A stretch of DNA of 64,000 nucleotides from a virus (taxonomy: Duplodnaviria > Caudoviricetes): IMG/VR virus record IMGVR_UViG_3300032093_000005. One strand, 5' to 3'. Position 1 is the stretch's first letter. Every line of letters begins with the position of its first letter. The position numbers and the translations under genes were made by a program. Shown piece by piece: positions 1 through 8,884 of this stretch. The notes below the pieces were generated by a model, which had not been told where the DNA came from, made no database searches, and saw nothing but the letters and a program-made list of their open reading frames with translations.

Positions 1-2070
1 AGAAATCGCTTGATCGAAGAACTTTTGCATAACAGCAACAATATGAATATACCCACGATTGCTAGGCATATCCCACAGGAGCGTATAATTGTTCTTAAGT
101 GATTGATACTGGGGAACAATCTGCTTGAGTGGTCCTTTCTTCGACTTCTTAATGGACAAGTATCCGCGAGGTGGTTCGATTCCATTTGTGGCATTTGACA
201 CAACGGAACTGCTCTCCGATGGCATCTGTGCGGACAGTGTTGAGTTCCGTACCCCGTATTGTAAAACTTGTTCCCTAAGACTACTCCAATCATACTTCAA
301 TTCGTTTGGAACGATTTCATCCACATCCTTCTTGTATGTATCAATTGGAAGAATACCTTGACCATATTTGGTGCGATGCGAATACTCACAAGCACCTTTC
401 TCTTTTGCAAGGTTGACTGTTGCTTGAATCAGATAATACTGGAATGCCTCAGTCAAATCGTGAACAAGTTTCCAGGCACCGGGATCATCATAGTGCTCAC
501 CATTCTTAGCAAGATAGTGTGCCAAACCAATAAAACCAATACCAAGCGAACGACGTGCTCTAGTGGCGATTTCTGCTGCTTTGACAGGATACCCCTGAAA
601 GTCAATCAATTCGTCCAGAGAACGCACTGAGAGGTCGCAAAGAACTTCAAGATCCTCGTTATCCCTGATTTTGCCAACATTAATAGCAGAAAGGATGCAA
701 AGAGCAATTTCACCATCAGTATCATCAATGTGTTGAAGTGGTTTAGTAGGAAGAGTAATTTCCTGACAAAGGTTACTCATCTCAACTTTATCAATGAAAG
801 AAGAGTGGGAGTTACAGTGGTCAATATTCATAATGTAAATACGACCAGTCTCTGCACGTTCTTTCAAGAGTGAAAGAAAGAGTTCTTGAGCAGCGATAGT
901 TTTTCTTGAAATAGACTGATCTCGTTCATAAACATTGTATAACTCATCAAATCCATCAGTGCCAAAAGCATCATACAAACCAGGAACGTCGTGCGGAGAG
1001 AAGAGTGAAATGTCTTCGTTGCGGATAAATCGTTCATAGAAGAGTTTAGAGATTTGGATACTGTAGTCTAACTTGCGAACACGATTATCTTCGGTTCCTT
1101 TATTATTTTTTAGTACTAGGATGTCTTGGATTTCTGAGTGCCAAATGGGGAAGTGAACCGTAGCTGATCCACCTCTAATGCCATTTTGAGTACAGCATCG
1201 GACAGTCGCTTCAAACTTCTTGAGGAATGGAACAACACCTGTGTGCTGCACTTCTCCACCTCTGATTTTAGAGTTGATGCCCCTGATGCGACCTGCGTTG
1301 ATACCGATGCCCGCCCTTTGTGCAACATATCTGCCAATAGCCATATCGCTAGTAAAGATACTATCGAGGGTGTCATCAACATCAACAAGGACACAGCTAG
1401 CGTATTGTCTAAGTGGTGTTCTAACTCCCGCCATGATGGGGGTTGGAATGTTGATTTTGTGCTTTGAGATTGCATCGTAATACCTTTTAACGTAGTCTAA
1501 ACGTGTTTCTTTTGGATACTTGGAAAAAATAGTTGCCGCAATCAAAAGGTACATAAACTGTGGCGTTTCATAAAGTGCTCCAGTGCTTCTGTCCTGCACG
1601 AGATACTTATCAACGACCTGACGTAGACCTGCATAAGTGAACAAATAGTCACGGCTATGATCAATGAACGACTGAAGTTTATCAAACTCTTCGTCGGTAT
1701 ACAGCAAAAGAATTTCTGGATCATACACACCACGCCCCACACAACGTTCTACATGCTGTTTGACAGTTGGGCAGTCATAGATACCACCAAACAACTGTTT
1801 ACGGAGGGCAAACAGCAGCAGACGAGCAGCAACGAACTGATAGTTGGGGTGCTCCAGATCAATCAAATCGGAAGCAGAGCGAATCAGAATCTCTTGAATC
1901 TCTGCTGTGGTGATGCCATCATAAAATTGGATACCAGACTGCATCTCAACTTGTGATGCAGATACGTTTGCGAGATCCTTACATGCCTCTTCCACCATAA
2001 CATGGAGTTTATTTAAATCAAGGGGTTCAGTTTTACCGTTCCTTTTGACGACGTTCGTTCCGTTACTCAT
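1..2070 (-). CDS. nrdA: Ribonucleotide reductase class Ia alpha subunit (runs off the left edge, 3' end missing)
   Basis: Manual translation from ATG at 2070 (MSNGTNVVKRNG..., ATP cone) through CCTQNGIRGGSATV, SNLCQEITLP, TLSAQMPSESSS to MQKFFDQAIS at position 1; 690 codons in one frame. Missing from the ORF track because no stop lies in the window. Confidence 0.97.
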   Translation of the reverse strand, partial: MSNGTNVVKRNGKTEPLDLNKLHVMVEEACKDLANVSASQVEMQSGIQFYDGITTAEIQEILIRSASDLIDLEHPNYQFVAARLLLFALRKQLFGGIYDCPTVKQHVERCVGRGVYDPEILLLYTDEEFDKLQSFIDHSRDYLFTYAGLRQVVDKYLVQDRSTGALYETPQFMYLLIAATIFSKYPKETRLDYVKRYYDAISKHKINIPTPIMAGVRTPLRQYASCVLVDVDDTLDSIFTSDMAIGRYVAQRAGIGINAGRIRGINSKIRGGEVQHTGVVPFLKKFEATVRCCTQNGIRGGSATVHFPIWHSEIQDILVLKNNKGTEDNRVRKLDYSIQISKLFYERFIRNEDISLFSPHDVPGLYDAFGTDGFDELYNVYERDQSISRKTIAAQELFLSLLKERAETGRIYIMNIDHCNSHSSFIDKVEMSNLCQEITLPTKPLQHIDDTDGEIALCILSAINVGKIRDNEDLEVLCDLSVRSLDELIDFQGYPVKAAEIATRARRSLGIGFIGLAHYLAKNGEHYDDPGAWKLVHDLTEAFQYYLIQATVNLAKEKGACEYSHRTKYGQGILPIDTYKKDVDEIVPNELKYDWSSLREQVLQYGVRNSTLSAQMPSESSSVVSNATNGIEPPRGYLSIKKSKKGPLKQIVPQYQSLKNNYTLLWDMPSNRGYIHIVAVMQKFFDQAIS

Positions 2071-3038
2071 ATTTTCTTCCAGTTGTTAAACTTAATTTTT
2101 GCTTCTAAACCTGAATATGTATTTGATTTTAACACATCCATAACGTTAAGTCCAGTGAGCACCATATCATTAATGTCCTTTTGCTCAATGGATGTTGGCC
2201 AAATAATTACCTTGTCTCCTCTGTCGATAGTTTTTGATATTCGGTTGACGATTTCTCGATTGCGAGGTTCGTTATCAAAAACGTAAATATAATCGCCCCA
2301 ACCAAACGACCCAATATCAACGTCGGACCCACACATAGCAACAGCATTTTGTACAAACGTGGAGTCGAAGGGTCCCTCAACAATGTAAATGGGTTTCGAA
2401 GAATCCACTTGGTCAAGACCATAAATCTTCGGGGCATCATCAGAAAGCATCACAGTAATATATTTAACAGGGTTAGGACCTAACGCTCTTCCCTGAAAAC
2501 CAATCAAGTTACTTTCAATATCATACATTGGTATAATAATTCGACTCTCATCCCTACCAATAGTGTCGAACGTAACTTTTTGAGTGTTTGTCCACTCTTT
2601 AAATTTGTCAGCAAAATAAAACTTTTCAGGATCAAGTCTCCTTCTTTCCAAATAGTTTTTTGCTACTTGATTCTCAGATGCTTTAGGTAGATCTAATTTC
2701 TTTTTAAAAACTGGTTTGACAAACTCAAACTTAGGTTCTTCTACAACGAAGTTTTTTCCAGTGTGTCCTTCCTTAAACTTCTCCATTGTGTATTGCTTAT
2801 ACAATACTGTATCGATTTCTTTGAGGAAGTTATTAAAGGACATACTTGCACCACAGTTGTGGCACTTAAAATTAGTATTGTTCTTTACAGGATACAAGTA
2901 TCCCCTCGTCTTGTTCTTGTTCTTCTGGGAGTCCCCACAGATAGGGCAGCGGAAGTTGTAAAGATCCGACTTGACCCTTTTAAATTTTTGCAAGCGTGAT
3001 GAAACAAGTCCAATGTACTTGGAGTCAACAAAATCCAT
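2067..3038 (-). CDS. gp61: DNA primase (T4 gp61-like)
   Basis: N-terminal zinc finger (FRCPICGDS...FKCHNCG), TOPRIM motifs (IVEGPFDS, FDNEPRN, KDINDM); ATGA overlap with nrdA. Confidence 0.96.
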   Translation of the reverse strand: MDFVDSKYIGLVSSRLQKFKRVKSDLYNFRCPICGDSQKNKNKTRGYLYPVKNNTNFKCHNCGASMSFNNFLKEIDTVLYKQYTMEKFKEGHTGKNFVVEEPKFEFVKPVFKKKLDLPKASENQVAKNYLERRRLDPEKFYFADKFKEWTNTQKVTFDTIGRDESRIIIPMYDIESNLIGFQGRALGPNPVKYITVMLSDDAPKIYGLDQVDSSKPIYIVEGPFDSTFVQNAVAMCGSDVDIGSFGWGDYIYVFDNEPRNREIVNRISKTIDRGDKVIIWPTSIEQKDINDMVLTGLNVMDVLKSNTYSGLEAKIKFNNWKKI

Positions 3039-3051
3039 TATGAAGGGGGTA

Positions 3052-3504
3052 TTACTTCGCTCTTTCTATTGTAGCAGGAGCAGGTTTGGGAGTCAAGACA
3101 GTAGGTAACCAAGAACCAGTAACAGTAATTACAATAACTAAAACGGCAAGAACACCACCAACTTGCCATCTGAATTTCAAAAGATTATCTATATTTTCTT
3201 CTATTTTATTAAATCTCTCTGCCATTTCATTATGTTCAATCTCATTATCTTTTTTGATCTCATCAATCATTTTGATAAGTAAATCATCATTTCTGATACT
3301 TTGCTCTATTCTCTCATCGTGTTTTGCAAGAATTGTAGCAATACGCGAATTGCCTTCTGATATTTTATCTACTGCTGATTCCAATTTGGAAAGCATTTCG
3401 CGGGATAGGTCTTCATAAATGCTGAGTTTAGATTCAAGAACCGCCAATTTTGATTCTTGTGAGAACATTTTACCTCTTCTTTTTAGACCAACGTTTTCTA
3501 GCAC
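3052..3504 (-). CDS. Hypothetical protein: coiled coil plus C-terminal transmembrane helix (XhlA-like architecture)
   Basis: Heptad-rich body followed by FRWQVGGVLAVLVIVITV; the true start is probably the internal Met (MFSQESK). Confidence 0.75.
   Translation of the reverse strand: MLENVGLKRRGKMFSQESKLAVLESKLSIYEDLSREMLSKLESAVDKISEGNSRIATILAKHDERIEQSIRNDDLLIKMIDEIKKDNEIEHNEMAERFNKIEENIDNLLKFRWQVGGVLAVLVIVITVTGSWLPTVLTPKPAPATIERAK
3068..3096 (-). promoter_or_regulatory. Sigma70-type promoter for primase-nrdA, embedded in the 3' end of the upstream late gene
   Basis: TTGACT-17 nt-TACAAT on the minus strand, about 30 nt upstream of the primase ATG. Confidence 0.75.
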
Positions 3505-3697
3505 CAGGATATTTACCTTTACCTATGATCGATGGTTTATTTCTTCTGGTGAATCCTAAAATTTTATCATATCCTGCTAATTTTTGGCCACTACTAGTCA
3601 ATCCACCATCACCAACAGAATTTGTTGGTGCTCCACCAATCGCACCATCTTCTTTTAAATATCGAATAGTTTGAATTAATTTATCTAACTTATCCAT
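3470..3697 (-). CDS. Small hypothetical protein (likely late/virion)
   Basis: ORF 3470..3724; likely start at MDKLDKL (3697), abutting the upstream stop; basic C-terminus. Confidence 0.65.
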   Translation of the reverse strand: MDKLDKLIQTIRYLKEDGAIGGAPTNSVGDGGLTSSGQKLAGYDKILGFTRRNKPSIIGKGKYPGARKRWSKKKR

Positions 3698-4068
3698 TAA
3701 ATTGCTTGCAATTGAGAGAGACACTCATTATCTTCTTGAATATCATGTATTTGAGTTTTGGGATATTCTGGAAAACGATTCAAAAAAACAAGAAAACTTT
3801 TTATATATGGCCAAAGATCTTTTTCTAAATTATAAAATAGTAATGGCACAGCAGCATCATTGAATACATTAAAAAGAACTGTTAAATGATTAAGAATTAA
3901 ATGAACTTTTAATTCACCAGTGTTCTTATATCTTTTTAAAAGTCTTTTAATATATTTGATTCGCTTCAAATCATCCTCAAAATCATCTTTTGTTAAAGCT
4001 TGAGGATTATCGTAGAATTTTATAGCAAATAACAAATAATTACCTTCATTCAATTCATCAAATCTCAT
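3697..4068 (-). CDS. Conserved T4-like cyanophage hypothetical protein
   Basis: 123 aa, MRFDELNEGNYLLFAIKFYDNP...LILNHL; tightly packed in the late operon. Confidence 0.8.
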   Translation of the reverse strand: MRFDELNEGNYLLFAIKFYDNPQALTKDDFEDDLKRIKYIKRLLKRYKNTGELKVHLILNHLTVLFNVFNDAAVPLLFYNLEKDLWPYIKSFLVFLNRFPEYPKTQIHDIQEDNECLSQLQAI

Positions 4069-4069
4069 A

Positions 4070-5098
4070 TCATGCAGTTACTGTCAATGTAGTTGTACCT
4101 AATCCAACTGATCCAGTAGTTCCAGCACCACCAACATTACGAATAAGAACATCACCAAATTGAGAGGTGAATGAACTAGTAACACCTACTCCATTAGATC
4201 CGTCAGTGATAACTCCAACAAATCCAGATGGAACATCAATTTTAAGAACTGTTGCGTTAGTACGAGTACTAAAAGTAACAGCAAGACCAGCAGTAATTGT
4301 AGATGCAATTGTATTGGCACTTCCAATTCTTACAAAAGTGTCTCCAATTGAAACTACTGGGGTATTAGTAAGTTTTCCAGTAATTGTAACTGAACTTCCA
4401 ACAGACACTCCAGATACAGAATCAACAAAAATTACAGTAGCACCAACCCCCACAGTTTGACCAGATGTGGTGGCAGTGATTAAGAAAGGAACATTTGCTG
4501 TTAAAACTGTTGATGGTGCAGTAAATCCAAATGCTACTCTATTAGTAATTTGACCATTAAATTCAGTATAAACATTTGGTGACCCATGTGTTGCTGCGTC
4601 ACCTGCCCAAGCATATTGCGTATTCCCGTTTGATGATGCATATCCAATGATCGCTGTTGATTCATTAGCACCATTTGCATCAAAAGCGCGGATGCGAACT
4701 GTTGAACCAGCCCCAGCAAAAACAAGTTCATTAAACACTACATGAACATATCCAGTTTGTCCTGTAGTAATGCCAGTTGTTCCACCACCACCTACAGAAA
4801 TTGGTGATGCTTGATTTGGATCCTCAAAGAAAACAGCAACTGGGCCCCCTACACCAATACCAGGAGTTCCACCAGTATTTGTAGTATTCAGTCCAACGAC
4901 AGGAACTAATACTTCGTCATAATAACGAGTTGAAATACCAGAGTTTGCTTTTGTTTTGTATCTTCTTACTACCCAACCACGAACATCTGCAAAACAATTC
5001 CAAGGAGTTGTATTTCTGTCTGTCTCTAACAGATGCTTTGGAATAGCGTAGTTATTAGCAGCAGTTTCGGAAGTTGTAGAAATGCCCCAAAGAGCCAT
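4070..5098 (-). CDS. Putative virion structural protein (MALWG-type, Gly/Thr-rich beta protein)
   Basis: 342 aa with G/T/V-rich composition, directly downstream of a TATAAATA late promoter. Confidence 0.75.
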   Translation of the reverse strand: MALWGISTTSETAANNYAIPKHLLETDRNTTPWNCFADVRGWVVRRYKTKANSGISTRYYDEVLVPVVGLNTTNTGGTPGIGVGGPVAVFFEDPNQASPISVGGGGTTGITTGQTGYVHVVFNELVFAGAGSTVRIRAFDANGANESTAIIGYASSNGNTQYAWAGDAATHGSPNVYTEFNGQITNRVAFGFTAPSTVLTANVPFLITATTSGQTVGVGATVIFVDSVSGVSVGSSVTITGKLTNTPVVSIGDTFVRIGSANTIASTITAGLAVTFSTRTNATVLKIDVPSGFVGVITDGSNGVGVTSSFTSQFGDVLIRNVGGAGTTGSVGLGTTTLTVTA

Positions 5099-5129
5099 GT
5101 GTCTTACCTATAAATTCTTTTTCTATTCA

Positions 5130-5137
5130 TATTTATA
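5130..5137 (-). promoter_or_regulatory. T4-type late promoter TATAAATA
   Basis: Exact gp55-dependent T4 consensus, 32 nt upstream of ATG 5098. Confidence 0.8.
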
Positions 5138-5168
5138 AAAAAAGGAGACCTTAAGTTTGGTCTCCTTT
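5137..5168 (-). terminator. Intrinsic terminator
   Basis: AAAGGAGACC/GGTCTCCTTT stem followed by a T-run on the minus strand. Confidence 0.8.
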
Positions 5169-5172
5169 AATT

Positions 5173-5358
5173 TCATTGTCCAGGAGTTAAATCCTTAGCA
5201 CCTTTTGCTTTTAATTGTCCTTGAATTTGAAGAAGAATAAGTGAAAGAATGCCATTTGATTTGACTTTTGGGTTTGCTCCTAATGCCTCTGAAACTGCAA
5301 ACAGAACAGTTGCAATTAGAGCCTGATTAGCAAGACACCATGCTACTAAAGCGGACAT
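5173..5358 (-). CDS. Small hydrophobic (membrane) protein
   Basis: 61 aa, two hydrophobic segments and a basic tail; GGAGG SD; ATAAATA at 5389-5395. Confidence 0.7.
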   Translation of the reverse strand: MSALVAWCLANQALIATVLFAVSEALGANPKVKSNGILSLILLQIQGQLKAKGAKDLTPGQ

Positions 5359-5391
5359 AATATCCTCCGTGTGAAGAGTATCCTGTCCTAT

Positions 5392-6702
5392 TTATTCAGG
5401 AGAAACCATTACAATAGGATTTTTTGCTCCTCTATATCTTGCACCAATTTTTGCAATACTCATTGCAGTTGGAACAGCACGAGCATCCATTTTTTCATCC
5501 TTCTTAAGATTCATTTTTTCAGCATCATCATTTTCACACTCAGATGCTTCCTTCATTGCTTGCTTACGAATTGTAGCAAAATAAACTTTCTTTCCTTTTT
5601 CTGCACCATATTGCTGTTGCATACTTGCCTTCATTCCAGAAGGATCATACTTCTTTTTTAACTTTTTTTCTTTTGTTTTCTCAGATTTATTCATCTTTTT
5701 TTCTTGAAGTATTCCAAGAAATTTTGAGTATCCAGTTTCAAGGATAACTTCACCATAAAGTTCAGTATGTGCTAAAACAGTATTTGATGGATTTACAACA
5801 ACCTTATTTTTTACTTTTGCTGGAAGAATATCAATTTGAGTTGCATTTGCATCAGGATTATCATATTCTGGGGCATCAGTTTGAGGCAAATTTGCCATTC
5901 TTGACACTTCACCGATGAATTCTTCTTTTACGTTTGATGTATCTTTACCATCAGGAACTCCACCTCTTTTACGTTGGATTGCATTATGAACTGAACCACG
6001 ATATTCTTTAGCGCCACTTTCAATTTTACCATCACCATCATAATCTCTCTTTGCTTTTCCTCCACCTAAAGCAGAAGCAGTTTGCTCTCCTTTTTTCTTT
6101 TCACCTTCATATGGAGTTCCATACTCAGTCATTTCAACTTCAAGACCTTTTGATCTAAGTTGGCTAATTTTTTCACGATTGGCATATCTTACATAAGTTA
6201 CATTACTTTTTTTATCAGTAACTCTTACTTTGTATTTTTTACCTTCGCTTGTATTATATTTGTTAAAATGTGCCTTTTCTTCCAAATCATATTTAAGTTG
6301 ATCTAGATCAACTACCTCATTTTTCTTTTCTACAAACACTTTATAGAGTGCTTTTGCCATCAAATCTGAAGCAGATACTTTCATATCCATTTCAAAATTT
6401 TCTGCCTGAGTTCCATCTTTACCAAAAAGTTTTTGTTTTACTGCCGATTTTTCTGCTTCACTCAGGCCACTATGTTGCATATATTCAGCATATGCAGTTT
6501 GTAGTGTTTTATTTTCTCTTCTACTTCTTAGACGAATATCAGAGGCAGCTTGACTTATTCTTTCCTCCTCCGTTTTTTCTACACCACTCTTTGGTTTGTT
6601 ATTACCTGCAGATGGTTTATTTGCTCCTGGTTTTGAAGGAGAAGACATTTGTGCTTGTGGATGCTTTCTTGCAGGAAGATCTTCAGCAATATGCTTTTTC
6701 AT
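5392..6702 (-). CDS. Putative capsid-internal/virion protein, charged and modular
   Basis: 436 aa, K/E-rich, contains DYDGDGKIE; ATAAATA at 6738-6744. Confidence 0.7.
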   Translation of the reverse strand: MKKHIAEDLPARKHPQAQMSSPSKPGANKPSAGNNKPKSGVEKTEEERISQAASDIRLRSRRENKTLQTAYAEYMQHSGLSEAEKSAVKQKLFGKDGTQAENFEMDMKVSASDLMAKALYKVFVEKKNEVVDLDQLKYDLEEKAHFNKYNTSEGKKYKVRVTDKKSNVTYVRYANREKISQLRSKGLEVEMTEYGTPYEGEKKKGEQTASALGGGKAKRDYDGDGKIESGAKEYRGSVHNAIQRKRGGVPDGKDTSNVKEEFIGEVSRMANLPQTDAPEYDNPDANATQIDILPAKVKNKVVVNPSNTVLAHTELYGEVILETGYSKFLGILQEKKMNKSEKTKEKKLKKKYDPSGMKASMQQQYGAEKGKKVYFATIRKQAMKEASECENDDAEKMNLKKDEKMDARAVPTAMSIAKIGARYRGAKNPIVMVSPE

Positions 6703-6711
6703 GAGAACAAT

Positions 6712-8046
6712 TTAACGTTTTACTTTTTTCCTATTTTTATTTATCAAATTAATACCATAAGGTTTTCCACCACTTTCAAGATTTTTAGCACCAACTCCAA
6801 TAACACCAGGAGTCATCATTGCAGCATATCTAAAAGCACCTAAAGTTCCAACTAACGTATTAGGTTTTCCTGGAAGTCGCATCATCTTATCCATTTGCTT
6901 TTCAGAGTAAGATTCTTTGACATCTTTAATCCAAGATTTAAACATCATCCCATTCTCAGTTACACAAATGAGATAATTAGTTCCTCTACGAATAATTTTA
7001 CCATTCAATCCAGTATTTAAATTTTCAACAAAGGTTCCAACTTTAAAAATACTTTCATCAATATAATTTTCTCTTAAAGATTTTTGATCAAATTTTGGAG
7101 CAATTTCCCAAGTATTATATCCTTCTTGCTGAATTTCTTGAATACCCATTCCTTGACGAACTAAATCAAAAAGTTCAAGTGCTTGTTTATTTCTAACTCC
7201 TTTTGGTAAAGCGGAACGGAAAGTCATAAAATCTCCCTCCGCTGCAGCAAGACGTGACCTTGATGCAGATACTCCTTCTACACCTTTATTACTATCAGGA
7301 TCCCTATCACCTGCAGAAAGAACATCAATCACATCAAACTGATATAGTTGTCCATTATAATCGTTTGATAATCTTTCAAATTCTTTGACTCGATCTGCAC
7401 CACCAACAATCCTTACGTTGCTGTATCCGTCATTATGTGCTTTTTTAAGCACATCAAAAATGGTTCTGTAATTGACATCATTGACAATTCTCTCACTATG
7501 GTCAGGGAACATCCGCCTCATGTATGAAATCTTAGTATCAGGATCTAGAGGATTTTTCTTTTTATCCTGACTACGAGAAGGGACAATGATATAATCACCA
7601 CCATCCTCCATTGCTGCCATTGCTGCAGTATCCATCAATTGTTGATGTCCAATGGTAGGAGGATTGAAACGACCAAAAGCAACAGTCAGAGTCCCTTTTG
7701 TTTTAGGAACGGGTGGCGGTGTTGCTACTGGTGCTTCTTCAGGTGCAGGTTGTTGATCCACTGCCTGCTGGTCCATAGGCACCTGTTCTTGAGGAGCAGG
7801 AGCAGAGGGTGCTGGGGCAGCAGATCCAAGAGGGATATTTTTTTCAAATTCTCCTTGCTTAGGATCCTTTCCACCGATCACTTGTCGCTTGTTGAAATAC
7901 TTCAATTGACCACTCACGGTCTTTGCCTCAAATTCACCAGTGGCCCTATTATACCACCCTCCGTGCCCATCGCCAACAAGTCCAAGACGTTTTGCCTGAA
8001 CTGATGCGGAGGTTGCCTCTGTAATGAATTGGGAAAATGTTTTCAT
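6712..8046 (-). CDS. HIGH-superfamily nucleotidyltransferase (cyanophage cytidyltransferase family) with T4 IP-like N-terminus
   Basis: FGRFNPPTIGHQQL (HIGH-like), VGGADRV, VSASRSR; N-terminus MKTFSQFITEA; ATAAATA at 8099-8105. Confidence 0.88.
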   Translation of the reverse strand: MKTFSQFITEATSASVQAKRLGLVGDGHGGWYNRATGEFEAKTVSGQLKYFNKRQVIGGKDPKQGEFEKNIPLGSAAPAPSAPAPQEQVPMDQQAVDQQPAPEEAPVATPPPVPKTKGTLTVAFGRFNPPTIGHQQLMDTAAMAAMEDGGDYIIVPSRSQDKKKNPLDPDTKISYMRRMFPDHSERIVNDVNYRTIFDVLKKAHNDGYSNVRIVGGADRVKEFERLSNDYNGQLYQFDVIDVLSAGDRDPDSNKGVEGVSASRSRLAAAEGDFMTFRSALPKGVRNKQALELFDLVRQGMGIQEIQQEGYNTWEIAPKFDQKSLRENYIDESIFKVGTFVENLNTGLNGKIIRRGTNYLICVTENGMMFKSWIKDVKESYSEKQMDKMMRLPGKPNTLVGTLGAFRYAAMMTPGVIGVGAKNLESGGKPYGINLINKNRKKVKR

Positions 8047-8120
8047 TCTAAACGAAATATTATTACAAAACTGTAACTATATTAACCTTTCTAATATCTA
8101 TTTATCCTTTATTTATTTGA

Positions 8121-8193
8121 TGCCCGTGAGTAGATTCGAACTACCACTGTATGGATTCTAAGTCCACCCTCTCTACCGTTGGAGTACACGGGC
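8121..8193 (-). tRNA. tRNA-Leu(TAG), short variable arm, no encoded CCA
   Basis: GCCCGTG acceptor stem, anticodon arm GTGGA-CTTAGAA-TCCAT, T arm GGTAG-TTCGAAT-CTACT, discriminator A. Confidence 0.88.
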
Positions 8194-8196
8194 AAA

Positions 8197-8269
8197 TGGA
8201 GATAAGGAGACTCGAACTCCTGACTTCAACCTTGCAAAGGTCGCACTCTACCAACTGAGTTATATCCCC
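8197..8269 (-). tRNA. tRNA-Ala(TGC), no encoded CCA
   Basis: GGGGATA acceptor stem, anticodon arm CGACC-TTTGCAA-GGTTG, T loop TTCGAGT. Confidence 0.95.
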
Positions 8270-8278
8270 AAGAAAAGA

Positions 8279-8307
8279 ATTATATCACCGAAGTGGCATA
8301 AGGTCAA
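8279..8307 (-). promoter_or_regulatory. Sigma70-type promoter for the tRNA pair
   Basis: TTGACC-17 nt-TATAAT immediately upstream of tRNA-Ala. Confidence 0.8.
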
Positions 8308-8692
8308 ATAATTCTGGATGAAGAAATCCATATTTTCTCATAATCTCACCTGCTTTTGCATTTGCTTGATTTTCAGTAGGACTTCCAGCATGAGAACTTT
8401 TACGAATAAGTCCCTTTTCCATATGTTGCTTGTAATGCACATATTCATGTGCAAGAGTTCTCATAATATCAATAGGATGGCGGTTGATAATACTCAAATG
8501 AATTACATTTTCTTTTGATATCTCACCAAATGCTGCTATTTTTTTAGAAAACTCAACATCATCTACAAATATGACTGGAATATCATAAGTAAGTTGAAGT
8601 TCTCTTTTAAGGAAGACCTGAAATCTTTTGATAATTAAATCAAATTGAATTTTACTAGTAGGTCTTCCTTTTCTCTTTCCAATCAAAGACAT
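8285..8692 (-). CDS. Zincin-like (HExxH) hypothetical protein
   Basis: RTLAHEYVHYKQ plus downstream ENQANAKAG; ATAAATA at 8702-8708. Confidence 0.72.
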   Translation of the reverse strand: MSLIGKRKGRPTSKIQFDLIIKRFQVFLKRELQLTYDIPVIFVDDVEFSKKIAAFGEISKENVIHLSIINRHPIDIMRTLAHEYVHYKQHMEKGLIRKSSHAGSPTENQANAKAGEIMRKYGFLHPELFDLMPLR

Positions 8693-8704
8693 TTTTTGAA
8701 ATAT

Positions 8705-8884
8705 TTATTCTGCACCAAGAACAGCGCCAATATTGCCATCAATGTCTTGAATAATAGCACGAATATCCGAAATGCGTGGAGGAACACTTTCTGGATCGTA
8801 AGTATATCCTTTTTGTGATTCAAAAAGAATTTGACGAACGGCTGCAGCCGAACGAACATCCATTTTAAGAGTAACTTTTTTCAT
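8705..8884 (-). CDS. Small hypothetical protein (59 aa, not in the ORF track)
   Basis: Manual translation MKKVTLKMDVRSAAAVRQILFESQKGYTYDPESVPPRI...; ATGA overlap with the mazG stop; fills the gap. Confidence 0.7.
   Translation of the reverse strand: MKKVTLKMDVRSAAAVRQILFESQKGYTYDPESVPPRISDIRAIIQDIDGNIGAVLGAE

Noticed and set aside
1116-1742. Minus-strand ORFs 1116..1475 and 1542..1742 suggesting a split or frameshifted nrdA
   Set aside because: They are alternative-frame shadows; nrdA reads continuously from 2070 to the window edge.
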